A DNA stretch of 32,000 nt. Source: Candidatus Saccharimonadota bacterium (GTDB lineage Bacteria > Patescibacteriota > Saccharimonadia > Saccharimonadales > Saccharimonadaceae). The translations under genes were made by a program, and so were the position numbers. Location of the stretch: positions 600,001 through 632,000 of the forward strand of contig NZ_CP045921.1 in the NCBI RefSeq assembly GCF_025273655.1, read 5' to 3'. The notes below the pieces were generated by a model, which worked only from the letters and a program-made list of their open reading frames with translations, did no database searches and was not told the DNA's origin. Below are positions 23,001-32,000 of the stretch, in pieces. Each line of letters starts with the position of its first letter. Within the stretch, counting starts at the first letter, position 1.

Positions 23001-23545
23001 CGCCGACAATACATGAGGTGTGCTTCTCCGTAACTACGATTGTCCACCACAACAATTCCGTTTGGTAGCACAATGTCCTCACACTTGCCTGGTTTTGATA
23101 TTACCATAAGCCCTCCTGGTTTGAGAAGCCCAAAAAGTTTTTCAATTGTGGATAAGTGCTGATTGTACTCGTAATATGGAGGATCGACAAAAATAATATC
23201 AAAGCTATCTGCCGCGCGCGATGAGATAAATGACTGCACGCGACCTCTAAAAAGCGTGTACTCTGGGTAGCTGACACCAAGGAGGTCCATACTCGTAGCA
23301 ATAGTTTTTTGGGCAGCGCGACTATGTTCGACGGCTATGACTTCGTGCGCGCCACGACTGAGCGCTTCGAATCCCACCACGCCCGTTCCCGCATACGCGT
23401 CGAGCACGCGTGCGTCGGGGATATCTTGGATCAGCGAATTAAATAACGCCCCTCGAACACGCTCACCCATGGGGTGCGTCGTGCGTCCCCGCGGCGCATC
23501 GAGCTTGCGACCACCATATTTACCTGCGATGATACGAACTCGCAT
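22988..23545 (-). CDS. rsmD: 16S rRNA (guanine966-N2)-methyltransferase
   Basis: The N-terminus reads MRVRIIAGKYGGRKL..P.G..T.P. Also present: LDAYAGTGVVGFEALSRGA and the FVDPPY motif. The size of 185 aa fits. Confidence 0.88.
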   Translation of the reverse strand: MRVRIIAGKYGGRKLDAPRGRTTHPMGERVRGALFNSLIQDIPDARVLDAYAGTGVVGFEALSRGAHEVIAVEHSRAAQKTIATSMDLLGVSYPEYTLFRGRVQSFISSRAADSFDIIFVDPPYYEYNQHLSTIEKLFGLLKPGGLMVISKPGKCEDIVLPNGIVVVDNRSYGEAHLMYCRRKGV

Positions 23546-23548
23546 ATA

Positions 23549-24361
23549 CTACGATTCCTGTGCCTGAATTATGGCCGCATACCAGCCCATACAGACAGCT
23601 CGGACGATAAGCGGCACGAGCTCACGCTTAGTCTCCCGAGCGAGATGGCGCGTCCAACCTTTTTGTCCGAACTCGTCGTACATACCCATAGTATGTACGT
23701 CGTGTAAAATATGCAGAAATACAGCACGAAAACCGTCCTGGCGTAACTCAGCGATATCCGCTTCGTCGAAACGGTGAATCCCGTCGAGTGCTGCACCAGA
23801 TAATGTCGTTGCGACTCCAAGCTCAAACGCAAGATGTGTCGTCATGACACCTTTGGCGCCCCAAAATTCCCAGTTGTTTTTTATACGCATGCGAGCAGTA
23901 GTGCCGGGAAGCACCAGCTTATCTTTGGCGCTATTGCGTGTCTCAAGACCTTCACCGCGCAGCTCTTCCAGTTTCTCCTCAAACGGATAGTGGTGTGCCG
24001 GCGTGAGGCCATCTGTAATTGCATGCGCCATCCAGGCAGCTTCAAACGCTGCGCGGTAGTAGTTTTCCATACGAAGCGCTTCTGAGAGATTGGCTATATG
24101 CTCATCGATCATGTCGAGAAGTGCCGTGTCGGACGGATCATCGGGGTTGATATAATGCCACGGCTCGTCGACCGCAGGGCTTTTGCGCTTGATACCGTCG
24201 GGTCCGTTTTTGCCCTCGAAATGCACAATGTCGCGATATGTCGGAAACTGAAATGCGCTCGGCAGATGCGAAGCAATGTGGCGACGTGCCACACGGTCAA
24301 TGCGCTGATGTACGCCCATGAGGCGACCGGATTTAGTTCTGAACGTTGTGCCGGAGTACAC
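23549..24361 (-). CDS. Hypothetical protein, possibly zinc-dependent phospholipase C / S1-P1 nuclease-like fold
   Basis: 270-aa ORF in an operon between recG and rsmD. Only a weak cue supports the fold call: WMAHAITDGLTPAHHY, a His/Asp-rich helix. The start is uncertain: GTG at 24361 or an ATG 14 codons later. Confidence 0.45.
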   Translation of the reverse strand: MYSGTTFRTKSGRLMGVHQRIDRVARRHIASHLPSAFQFPTYRDIVHFEGKNGPDGIKRKSPAVDEPWHYINPDDPSDTALLDMIDEHIANLSEALRMENYYRAAFEAAWMAHAITDGLTPAHHYPFEEKLEELRGEGLETRNSAKDKLVLPGTTARMRIKNNWEFWGAKGVMTTHLAFELGVATTLSGAALDGIHRFDEADIAELRQDGFRAVFLHILHDVHTMGMYDEFGQKGWTRHLARETKRELVPLIVRAVCMGWYAAIIQAQES

Positions 24362-24377
24362 TAATATCTCTTCGTGT

Positions 24378-26411
24378 TTAATTTAATGTTGTAAGCCGCT
24401 GGTTCTTCTCCACCTGCGCTGCTAACTGTGTATATTGTAACAAATCTTCACTTGAATCGAGAAATGCCCGAGCTGCAGCCTGCGCCCGAGCGATAAGCTT
24501 GGCGTCTCCCAAGCTAGCCACCTGGAGATTGAGTGCGCCGTGCTGCGAGCGACCATAGATTTCACCGGGACCGCGCAGCTTGAGATCCACTTCAGCCAGA
24601 TAGAAGCCATCTTGTGACTTCTCAATCTCGCGCAGGCGCGCCGATGGTTTGGAGCTATCACTCATGACGAGGTAGCAGTAGCTCTGATGCGAGCTGCGCC
24701 CTACACGCCCACGTAGCTGGTGCAGTTGACTCAAGCCGAAACGATCAGCATTTTCAATAATCATGACGGTTGCATTTGGCACATTAACACCAACCTCTAC
24801 GACTGTGGTGCTGACAAGTAGATCGAGCTCGCCACTCGCAAATCGCTGCATGACTTCCTCTTTTTCGCCCGGCGTCATCTTGCCGTGCAGCAAACCTACC
24901 TGGCGATGGCGAAACACAGTGCTGCGCAGTTTGCGGTACTCGGCCTCAACACTTTTTACGTCGTTTTCTGGATCTTCGTCGATGAGGCTGCAGATGATGT
25001 AACCTTGCCTACCTTGCGCCAGCTCTGTATCCACTGCAGCATACAATTTCTCGGTGTTGGTCGGCGCCCAGATCCTGGTGCTAATCGGCTTGCGACCAGC
25101 AGGTAGCTCGTCGAGCACCGACACATCGAGCTCACCATAGACAGTGAGGGCCAAGCTGCGTGGAATCGGCGTAGCTGTCATGGCCAGGAGATGCGGCATA
25201 TGCTGCGATTTATCGAGCAAAGCCTGGCGCTGCGCCACGCCAAAGCGATGCTGCTCGTCGATTACCACGAAGCCAAGTTTATGGTACTCGACTTTTTTCT
25301 GAATGAGTGCGTGAGTCCCGACGATGAGATGTATGCCGCCACTCGCAATTTGCTCAAGCAGCGCAGCCCTCGCCTTGCCCTTAACAGCGCCTGTCAGCAA
25401 TCCTACTTCCACACCGAACGGGTCTAGCAGTTCACGCAGGGTATCGGCGTGTTGAGATGCCAAAATCTCCGTCGGCGCCATGAGTGCCGACTGATAGCCA
25501 GCCCGAGCCGCTTGGCGTGCCGCAAACCCGGCGACAACTGTCTTACCCGAACCTACGTCGCCTTGCAGCAATCGGTTCATGGGTATCTGTGATTCGAAAT
25601 CCTGGATAATCTGCCACGACGCTCGACGCTGGGCGTTTGTCAGCGCAAATGGCAGCTCGGCTACGAATTCTTTGGCAGCTACCACGTCAAACGGAATCTT
25701 GTAACCAGTCAGTCGACTATTTGCCCGCTTGTTGAGCTGGCTAGCCAGGAGTAACTCAAACAGCTCCTCAAAACCAACACGCTCCTTGGCTCTGGCGATT
25801 TGCTCCTGCGACTCAGGAAAATGCAGCGCGAGCAGAGATTCGGCGTTACTCATTAGCCCCTGCTCGGTCACAATGCCGGCTGGGAGCGTCTCGCCAAGCA
25901 TAGTGATGGTAGGACGCAGACTCTCGACAAGCTTACGTAGCAGCTGCGGCTTGACCCCGCGAATCGAGCGGTAGACTGGCACGATTTTTTCACCCGTCTG
26001 CTGTTCGAGTTTCTTCGCCTGCTCTACACTTGGATTGGTGAGCTGGTAGCGATTGTAGCTAAACTCAAATGTACCGGTAAATAAGTACTTTTCGTCCGAT
26101 TTGAGCTGAGTAGCTCGGTAGGGCTGGTTAAACCAGACAGCTTTGACCTTACTACTGTCATCTGCAAGTGTGGCAGTGGTGATTTTCATGCCGCGACGTA
26201 CCGAGTGAGTTTCGGTCGACTCTACGCGCGCTACAATTGTGACTTTGCCAGGTTTCAAATCACTAATTGAACTTTGCTGGGTGTAGTCGTCGTAGGTGCG
26301 TGGCAGGTAATGAATCAGATCTTTAACCGTGCGCAGGCCCACTCGACGAAACGCGTCGTCGAGCTTGTCACCCACCCCCGAGAGTTCGCGTAGCGGCAGC
26401 GAAAGATTCAT
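24378..26411 (-). CDS. recG: ATP-dependent DNA helicase RecG
   Basis: The protein is 677 aa, with an N-terminal wedge/OB region. Motif I is LLQGDVGSGKT and motif II is VIDEQHRFGV. Also present: LAMTATPIPR, LHGKM and QLRGRVGR. Confidence 0.93.
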   Translation of the reverse strand: MNLSLPLRELSGVGDKLDDAFRRVGLRTVKDLIHYLPRTYDDYTQQSSISDLKPGKVTIVARVESTETHSVRRGMKITTATLADDSSKVKAVWFNQPYRATQLKSDEKYLFTGTFEFSYNRYQLTNPSVEQAKKLEQQTGEKIVPVYRSIRGVKPQLLRKLVESLRPTITMLGETLPAGIVTEQGLMSNAESLLALHFPESQEQIARAKERVGFEELFELLLASQLNKRANSRLTGYKIPFDVVAAKEFVAELPFALTNAQRRASWQIIQDFESQIPMNRLLQGDVGSGKTVVAGFAARQAARAGYQSALMAPTEILASQHADTLRELLDPFGVEVGLLTGAVKGKARAALLEQIASGGIHLIVGTHALIQKKVEYHKLGFVVIDEQHRFGVAQRQALLDKSQHMPHLLAMTATPIPRSLALTVYGELDVSVLDELPAGRKPISTRIWAPTNTEKLYAAVDTELAQGRQGYIICSLIDEDPENDVKSVEAEYRKLRSTVFRHRQVGLLHGKMTPGEKEEVMQRFASGELDLLVSTTVVEVGVNVPNATVMIIENADRFGLSQLHQLRGRVGRSSHQSYCYLVMSDSSKPSARLREIEKSQDGFYLAEVDLKLRGPGEIYGRSQHGALNLQVASLGDAKLIARAQAAARAFLDSSEDLLQYTQLAAQVEKNQRLTTLN

Positions 26412-26496
26412 ATACCACCAGTGTAGCAGACCCAGCGGTTGTCCGCTCTCTGAAGTTCATTTACAATAAGAGGACACATTACCACAGGAGGACGAC

Positions 26497-27264
26497 ATGA
26501 AGAAACTTATCGCATTTGACCTAGACGGCACCCTCGCCCCAAGTAAATCAAAGTTTGACCCACGCATGGTGGCGCTATTTGACAAGCTACTTGAGCACTT
26601 CGAAGTATGCGTGATTTCTGGCGGCAAATACGAGCTATTCCAACGACAGTTTTTGACTCAGATTACTACCGAGCCTCACTTGCTTTCGCGGCTTCATCTT
26701 ATGCCTACGAGCGGAACACGTTACTATCGCTATGAAAAAGGTGATTGGCAGGAGAAATACGCCGAAAACTTCACCTCCGAGCAAAAAAAAGCCATCATTG
26801 CTGCACTCGCCGAAGGTCTAAAGGAGTCCGGGTACGCAGTAGCGAAGACCTATGGCGAGACAATAGAAGATCGCGATTCACAAATCACCCTCTCGATTTT
26901 GGGTCAAGAAATTGTAGCAGAACTTGGTGAAGAGGGTGTACGAATTAAGGAAGCTTGGGATCCAGACGGTACCAAAAAACTCAAAATTCGCGATATTGTA
27001 GCACCAAAAATTCCCGATTTCACTGTCCGTGCAGCTGGCGCCACTTCAATCGACGTTACCATGCCGGGTATCGATAAGGCCTACGGCATGGATAAGCTCA
27101 TGGAAGCAACTGGCTATAGTAAATCCGACATCCTCTTCATGGGTGACAAAATTGTGCCTGGTGGCAACGATTATGCCGTCTACGAGCATGGTATCGACTG
27201 TATTGCGGTACGTAGTTGGGAAGATACAGCTTATGCACTCGAAGGTATTGTGTCAGCAATATAA
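26497..27264 (+). CDS. HAD-IIB family hydrolase (phosphomannomutase/Cof-like)
   Basis: Motif I is IAFDLDGTLA. The cap region is typical of subfamily IIB. The C-terminal motif is FMGDKIVPGGNDY. RBS GGAGGA lies upstream. Confidence 0.78.
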   Translation: MKKLIAFDLDGTLAPSKSKFDPRMVALFDKLLEHFEVCVISGGKYELFQRQFLTQITTEPHLLSRLHLMPTSGTRYYRYEKGDWQEKYAENFTSEQKKAIIAALAEGLKESGYAVAKTYGETIEDRDSQITLSILGQEIVAELGEEGVRIKEAWDPDGTKKLKIRDIVAPKIPDFTVRAAGATSIDVTMPGIDKAYGMDKLMEATGYSKSDILFMGDKIVPGGNDYAVYEHGIDCIAVRSWEDTAYALEGIVSAI

Positions 27265-27280
27265 AAAGCTGCAACAACTC

Positions 27281-27312
27281 AAAAACACCAGACTGAAACA
27301 CCTGGTGTTTTT
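27281..27312. terminator. Bidirectional intrinsic terminator between convergent HAD and tyrS genes
   Basis: AAAAACACCAG (27281-27291) pairs with CTGGTGTTTTT (27302-27312). The A-tract before and T-tract after allow it to work on both strands. Confidence 0.7.
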
Positions 27313-27326
27313 GCAATACCTGACCC

Positions 27327-28622
27327 TTACACAATCAGAATGAAAGTATTCTTGCCTTTTTTTAGCAGAGTGGTATTTGAAACCATCGTATCTTCAAAGA
27401 CTTTCTCGCCATTAATAGTGATAGCTCCTCCCGCAAGCAGTCGTCTACCTTCGCCTTTACTTTTAGCGACTTGGGCCTTGACAAGCGCCTCCGATATCAT
27501 TAGTGTTGGCGCAGTATCTTTTCCATCGATAATTGTCTGGACACGCTCAATAGTGGGTAGCTCATTTGTAAGAATCTCTAATAAATCTGTGTTTAAGGCA
27601 TCAAATGCTTCATCACCAAACAGCACATTTGTGGCTTGCACTGCGGCCTGCGTTCGCGCTTCACCGTGAACCAGATTTGTCACTTCCCAGGCTAAGCGTT
27701 TTTGCGCAACGCGCGTATGCGGCGCGGCTGCTTGCTCGGCTGCAATCTTGTCGATTTCGTCTTTGCTTAGTAATGTATACATCTTCATGTAGTCAATCAC
27801 ACCTTCGTCGTCGACATTGAGCCAAAACTGATAAAACTTATAGACACTGGTTTGATTAGGGTCGAGCCAGATTGCACCGCCTTCACTTTTGCCAAATTTT
27901 CGACCCGTCGCTTTGTTGATGACAAGCGGTACGCTATAGACATGCGCCTCGCCACCTTCGATGCGACGAATCAAATCGACTCCGGCGATAGAATTACCCC
28001 ACTGATCTGCGCCGCACACCTGTAGTGTCACATCATGTTCACGATAAAGATGCAAGAAATCGTAGCCCTGGATAAGGCTATAACTAAACTCCGCATAGCT
28101 AATACCGTTGCCGCCATCTCCCAGACGAGTCTGAATAAACTCTCGTCCGAGCATCATACTCATCGGCACATGCTTACCGACATCACGAAGGAAATCAAGA
28201 TAGTTAATATTTTTGAACCAGTCATAGTTGTCGACGATATGAAAATTGAGCCCACCAAAGACCTGTTCGTATTGCCGTGCTATCTCCGATTTGTTGGTGG
28301 CGATCTCGTCGACAGCCTTAAGATCACGTTCGTCAAGTTTACCATCTGGGTCACCTATCATACCAGTCGCACCACCTACCAGTAGATACACTTCATGGCC
28401 GTGCGCTGCCATATGGCGCACCATCAGCGCTGCAGCAAGATTACCAATCTGCATTCCTCGACCGCTTGGATCGACCCCAAAGTACAGCTTGCGCGACACG
28501 CCGTCAAGCGCAGTTATATCGTCAAATGTCGTCTGGTTGACGAAGCCACGCCACGTCAGTTCTTCAGAAAGTGTCACTCGGGTTGTATCCTTGTTTTGCA
28601 AATTATCGTATATCACCATCAA
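27327..28622 (-). CDS. tyrS: Tyrosine--tRNA ligase (with C-terminal S4-like domain)
   Basis: Motifs seen: LTWRGFVNQTT, YFGVDPSG, GADQWGN and the KMSKS-equivalent KFGKSEG. The C-terminus GEGRRLLAGGAITINGEKV is S4-like. The HIGH position reads QIGN. Confidence 0.88.
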   Translation of the reverse strand: MMVIYDNLQNKDTTRVTLSEELTWRGFVNQTTFDDITALDGVSRKLYFGVDPSGRGMQIGNLAAALMVRHMAAHGHEVYLLVGGATGMIGDPDGKLDERDLKAVDEIATNKSEIARQYEQVFGGLNFHIVDNYDWFKNINYLDFLRDVGKHVPMSMMLGREFIQTRLGDGGNGISYAEFSYSLIQGYDFLHLYREHDVTLQVCGADQWGNSIAGVDLIRRIEGGEAHVYSVPLVINKATGRKFGKSEGGAIWLDPNQTSVYKFYQFWLNVDDEGVIDYMKMYTLLSKDEIDKIAAEQAAAPHTRVAQKRLAWEVTNLVHGEARTQAAVQATNVLFGDEAFDALNTDLLEILTNELPTIERVQTIIDGKDTAPTLMISEALVKAQVAKSKGEGRRLLAGGAITINGEKVFEDTMVSNTTLLKKGKNTFILIV

Positions 28623-28659
28623 TTGTAGCAGAAATAAAGATTTTCGGACGCCAAATGTC

Positions 28660-28668
28660 TGCTATAAT
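28660..28668 (+). promoter_or_regulatory. Extended -10 promoter element (TGcTATAAT) for the PBP gene
   Basis: tgctataat lies at 28660-28668 in the tyrS/PBP divergent region. If it is used, the in-frame ATGs at 28655 and 28667 cannot be the PBP start. Confidence 0.4.
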
Positions 28669-28702
28669 GGGGTGTAATACTGCTTATGGGAAAAAGAGAG
28701 TT

Positions 28703-31348
28703 GTGACTAAAAAATCTTCACCGCGTAAGATGAATCTTTATGCGAATTTGTCGCATAAACGTAAAACCAAAAAAGACCTCAAGGCACGCAAACGCGCTGA
28801 GTATTTGGCAACGTTGCCGAAACATCCAGTCAAGCGTTTCTTTGCTCGCATGCACCCAAGGCGCGTGGCCGGCTACTGGTTTAGTCGCAAAGGCGGCATG
28901 ATGCTACTCAAGATCGTCGGCGTGCTAGTACTCGTGGGTGTACTCACTATAGGCTCTCTCTTCGCCTACTATCGTCGCGATCTCAACTCTATCCGTCCAA
29001 GTGAGCTTGCTAAGCGTGTTCAGACAACCGTCACCAAATACTACGACCGTAACGGGCAGCTCCTATGGGAAGACAAAGGCGATGGCGACTACAAGCTCGT
29101 CGTAAAAAGTGACCAGATAAATCCTTACATGAAAGAGGCGACCGTCGCTATCGAAGATCGCGATTTCTACAACCACCGCGGCGTGAGCCCAACCGGACTC
29201 GCGCGTGCAGCGTTTAACAATGCCAGTGGCGGCAGTACACAAGGTGGCTCTACCCTCACACAGCAGCTTGTCAAGCAGGTCTTCTTCTCCGACGAATCGC
29301 AAGATCGCGGACTCAGCGGCGTACCGCGCAAGATCAAAGAGCTCATTCTGGCGATCGAAGTCGAGCGCATGTACGACAAAGATCAGATTTTGACACTATA
29401 TCTCAACGAGTCGCCGTACGGCGGTCGCCGCAATGGAGTGGAAAGCGGTGCGCAAACCTACTTCGGTAAATCAGCTAATGATCTCTCATTGCCAGAGGCA
29501 GCCCTTCTGGCCGCTATCCCGAACCAACCGGGACTCTACGACCCATACAACGAAGCAGGGCACGAAGCGCTTATCGCACGCCAACACAAGGTGCTGGACT
29601 CAATGCGCGAAACTGGTAAGATAACACAAAAAGAAGCAGACGACGCCAAGGCATACGATGTCATCGCCAACATCAAACCGCAGGTCAATACAAATGAAAA
29701 TATTAAAGCGCCTCACTTTGTGCTTGAAGTACGCAAACAACTGGAGAAAGAGCTTGGAAAAGCAACGGTGGGACGAGGTGGTCTTACCGTCAAGACAACA
29801 CTTGATCTCAAGGCGCAAGAAGCAGCCGAAAAAGCTGTTGCTACTGGCGCGGGCATGCTCAAAAACTACGGCGCCGACAACTTGTCGTTGTCTTCGGTGG
29901 ATGTCAAAACAGGCCAAATTATCGCCATGGTCGGGAGTGTTGATTACAACAAAGACATCTATGGGCAGCAAAATAGCGCTACCTCGCCACTTGAACCAGG
30001 CTCAAGTATCAAACCTATCGCCGACTACGCACCACTCTTCAAACAGCGCGAAGGCACCAATTATGCCCCAGGTTCGATCCTGAAAGACGAAAACATCAAC
30101 TCAATCTACTGCGCCGGCTCCACTTCGAGCTGCTCGCTCAACAACTACACGCGGCGCTTCTACGGCAATGTGCCGATTCGTCAATCGCTTGCCGGCTCGC
30201 TCAACATTCCAGCTGTAAAAGCCATGCAGATCAATGGTGTTGAAGATTCACTCAAAACTGCCCGCGACCTCGGTGATTCATCGTATTGTACAGACAATAA
30301 TAATGCAGGCTTATCTGCAGCAATCGGTGGTGGTTGTACTGTTAAGCAAGTTGAGCATACCAATGCATATGCCTCACTGGCTCGTGGCGGCTCGTACAAA
30401 CCTCTCGCCTATGTACTTGAAGTGCGCAACGCTTCCAACGAAGTACTCAAAAAATGGGAAGACCCCAAAGCTAAGCAAGTTGTCGATCCACAGGTTGCCT
30501 ATATGTTGAGTAGTATTCTCAGCGATGCTTCGGCTCGCTCAATCACGTTTGGCTCACAAGGTAGCTCGTACGGATTCGTAGTGCCAAATGTGTGGACCGC
30601 TTCCAAAACGGGTACGACCGAGAATGGTAACGGTCAGGCAAAAGACTCGTGGTTCATGAACTACTCTCCAGCTGTTGCTACTGGTGTTTGGATGGGTAAT
30701 CACGATGGTAAACCGCTTGGCTCAAGCGACAACTCGGTTGTGCGCCGCGTGTCAAACGATTACACGGCAGCTGTCCATACGCAGGTGTATCAGCCTGCAA
30801 AACAGTGGACACCGAATCAGCAGATCACGCGCCCGGATGGCATGAAAGATCTTGTCATCAATGGCAAAAAAGATATCTATCCTTCGTGGTACGATCAAAA
30901 AACAGCTGCCACCGCCGTGAAGATGACGTTTGACAGTGTCTCGAAAAAGAAGGCAACCGACTGTACGCCAGAAGGTGCGCGCGTCGAGCTCTCTGTCACC
31001 AAGACAACAGACCCAATCACCAAGAAAGATGCATATATTGCGCCTGACGGCTATGATGCATCCAAAGACGACGACAAACACAAGTGTGATGATATCAAGC
31101 CGAGTGTCACAGTGACTGTTACCAAATCCGGATCAAATGTAACGATCACTGCCAATGCCACCCAAGGCACCAATCCACTCACATCCCTCAAGATATCCGT
31201 AGGTGATACGGTAGTAGCCGATGTACCAGTATCTGGTAGTGGAAGCTATTCTGCCACAACCACCGTCACTGGACCGCAGACAATCACCGCCACACTGCAA
31301 GACAGTGCGCTCTACAGTGCGAGTGGCTCACAGCAATACAGTCCATAG
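28703..31348 (+). CDS. Class A penicillin-binding protein (glycosyltransferase GT51 + transpeptidase), PBP1A type, with a Thr/Ser-rich C-terminal extension
   Basis: GT motifs: EDRDFYNHRGV, GGSTLTQQL and RKIKELILAIEVE. TP motifs: SSIKP (SxxK), SLN and KTGT. A basic N-terminal tail precedes a TM segment LLKIVGVLVLVGVLTIGSLFAY. The start is uncertain: GTG 28703 or ATG 28730. The track start at 28571 overlaps tyrS. Confidence 0.88.
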   Translation: MTKKSSPRKMNLYANLSHKRKTKKDLKARKRAEYLATLPKHPVKRFFARMHPRRVAGYWFSRKGGMMLLKIVGVLVLVGVLTIGSLFAYYRRDLNSIRPSELAKRVQTTVTKYYDRNGQLLWEDKGDGDYKLVVKSDQINPYMKEATVAIEDRDFYNHRGVSPTGLARAAFNNASGGSTQGGSTLTQQLVKQVFFSDESQDRGLSGVPRKIKELILAIEVERMYDKDQILTLYLNESPYGGRRNGVESGAQTYFGKSANDLSLPEAALLAAIPNQPGLYDPYNEAGHEALIARQHKVLDSMRETGKITQKEADDAKAYDVIANIKPQVNTNENIKAPHFVLEVRKQLEKELGKATVGRGGLTVKTTLDLKAQEAAEKAVATGAGMLKNYGADNLSLSSVDVKTGQIIAMVGSVDYNKDIYGQQNSATSPLEPGSSIKPIADYAPLFKQREGTNYAPGSILKDENINSIYCAGSTSSCSLNNYTRRFYGNVPIRQSLAGSLNIPAVKAMQINGVEDSLKTARDLGDSSYCTDNNNAGLSAAIGGGCTVKQVEHTNAYASLARGGSYKPLAYVLEVRNASNEVLKKWEDPKAKQVVDPQVAYMLSSILSDASARSITFGSQGSSYGFVVPNVWTASKTGTTENGNGQAKDSWFMNYSPAVATGVWMGNHDGKPLGSSDNSVVRRVSNDYTAAVHTQVYQPAKQWTPNQQITRPDGMKDLVINGKKDIYPSWYDQKTAATAVKMTFDSVSKKKATDCTPEGARVELSVTKTTDPITKKDAYIAPDGYDASKDDDKHKCDDIKPSVTVTVTKSGSNVTITANATQGTNPLTSLKISVGDTVVADVPVSGSGSYSATTTVTGPQTITATLQDSALYSASGSQQYSP

Positions 31349-31371
31349 GCGTAGCAACTCCATGTATACAA

Positions 31372-31397
31372 AATCCCGTGTCGATATGCGCGGGATT
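31372..31397 (-). terminator. Intrinsic terminator after the PIN/TRAM gene
   Basis: AATCCCG (31372-31378) pairs with CGGGATT (31391-31397). On the minus strand this is followed by TTTGTATAC. Confidence 0.5.
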
Positions 31398-31420
31398 GTG
31401 TAGTTGTGAGTATAATATGT

Positions 31421-32000
31421 TTACTGTTTATCGATGAGGCTAATGAGCGAATCCTCACCGCTCTTTGGCTTGGAACTACGTCGCTGTGATGGTCGACGTC
31501 CACTCGTGCGAGGCGGTTTTGTCTCAGTATGCATAGTTGGCTTCGACTTTTGTGAAGATGTAGGTGTAGGGGTTACAACTGGCGCTTCGACAGGCGTAGA
31601 GAGCTGCTTTTGCTGCTCGGGTTTACGACCGCCACTTTTGCGCTGGATCAGCTTTTTGACGGGCTGACTATCGGACTTCGACGGCTTACCAGGCTTGCTG
31701 CCAGCGAGCCGAGCAAACATCATCTTACCAGCATCTGTCTGCAGTACACGGATAAACTCTACTTCGACCTTGCTCCCGACCTGTTTGGCTGCCTGCTCTA
31801 CTACCACCATTGTGCCGTCCTCTAGATACCCTACCCCCTGGTGGCTGTCCTGGCCGCGAGTCACGAGCTCGATAGTAGCCGATTCTCCCGGCATATGAAC
31901 AGCACGGATATTCTTTGCCAGTTCGTTAATATTGAGTACCTGTACGCCCTCCACCTGTGCAACCTTATTAAGATTGTAGTCGACAGTACAGACGCTCCCA
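31421..32000 (-). CDS. PIN/TRAM-domain protein (YacL-like), C-terminal part; N-terminus off the right edge
   Basis: The frame stays open to base 32000 (..GSVCTVDYNLNKVAQVEGVQVLNINELA..). The TRAM-like segment reads GESATIELVTRGQDSHQGVGYLEDGTMVVVE, followed by a basic, Pro/Ser-rich tail. Confidence 0.72.
   Translation of the reverse strand, partial: GSVCTVDYNLNKVAQVEGVQVLNINELAKNIRAVHMPGESATIELVTRGQDSHQGVGYLEDGTMVVVEQAAKQVGSKVEVEFIRVLQTDAGKMMFARLAGSKPGKPSKSDSQPVKKLIQRKSGGRKPEQQKQLSTPVEAPVVTPTPTSSQKSKPTMHTETKPPRTSGRRPSQRRSSKPKSGEDSLISLIDKQ

Noticed and set aside
28571-28702. The upstream part of the PBP ORF, with in-frame starts at 28571, 28655 and 28667.
   Set aside because: The 28571 start overlaps the tyrS start region on the other strand. 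The ATGs at 28655 and 28667 lie at or upstream of the TGcTATAAT promoter element (28660-28668). I therefore prefer GTG 28703 or ATG 28730, though neither is certain.
1-32000. A search by eye for CRISPR arrays, integrase, transposase or IS ends, rRNA, retron or DGR reverse transcriptases, and classical toxin-antitoxin pairs.
   Set aside because: I saw no regularly spaced direct repeats and no recombinase or RT motifs in any listed ORF. The only multi-copy sequences found are the tRNA 3' repeat and the short regulatory inverted repeats reported above.

Overview
The window has two parts. Bases 1 to about 21,300 look like the right-hand end of a horizontally acquired island. It holds a conjugative-transfer remnant plus defence-type cargo and ends at a tRNA-Leu(UAG) gene (21316-21400, minus strand). 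An inverted 56-nt copy of that tRNA's 3' part lies about 350 bp further right.

Bases 21,900-32,000 are ordinary housekeeping genes: an alpha/beta hydrolase, RsmD, RecG, a HAD-IIB hydrolase, TyrS, a class A PBP and a PIN/TRAM protein.

Island content, left to right:
- A T4SS coupling-protein-like ATPase. It is absent from the ORF track because it runs off the left edge.
- An MT-A70 methyltransferase.
- About 950 bp with no gene.
- Two tandem paralogous small genes.
- A tightly coupled three-gene operon: an MmeI-family N6-adenine methyltransferase with no obvious nuclease triad, an SF2 helicase, and a T5orf172/GIY-YIG-like protein. A structured leader with a 20-codon mini-ORF and a terminator precedes it.
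- A divergent RloC/PrrC-like AAA_13 ATPase.
- A three-gene membrane/secreted operon behind a riboswitch-like or attenuator-like leader.
- A UDG-fold gene broken by an in-frame TAG.
- A second operon: Mrr-like nuclease-STAND NTPase, DUF2779-like nuclease, and an unannotated 55-aa membrane peptide.

The best candidates for an undescribed system are the methyltransferase-helicase-T5orf172 module (with its linked RloC-like gene) and the Mrr-STAND/DUF2779/peptide operon.

All family calls come from motifs recognised by eye. No database search was possible. I saw no CRISPR array, integrase, transposase or rRNA.
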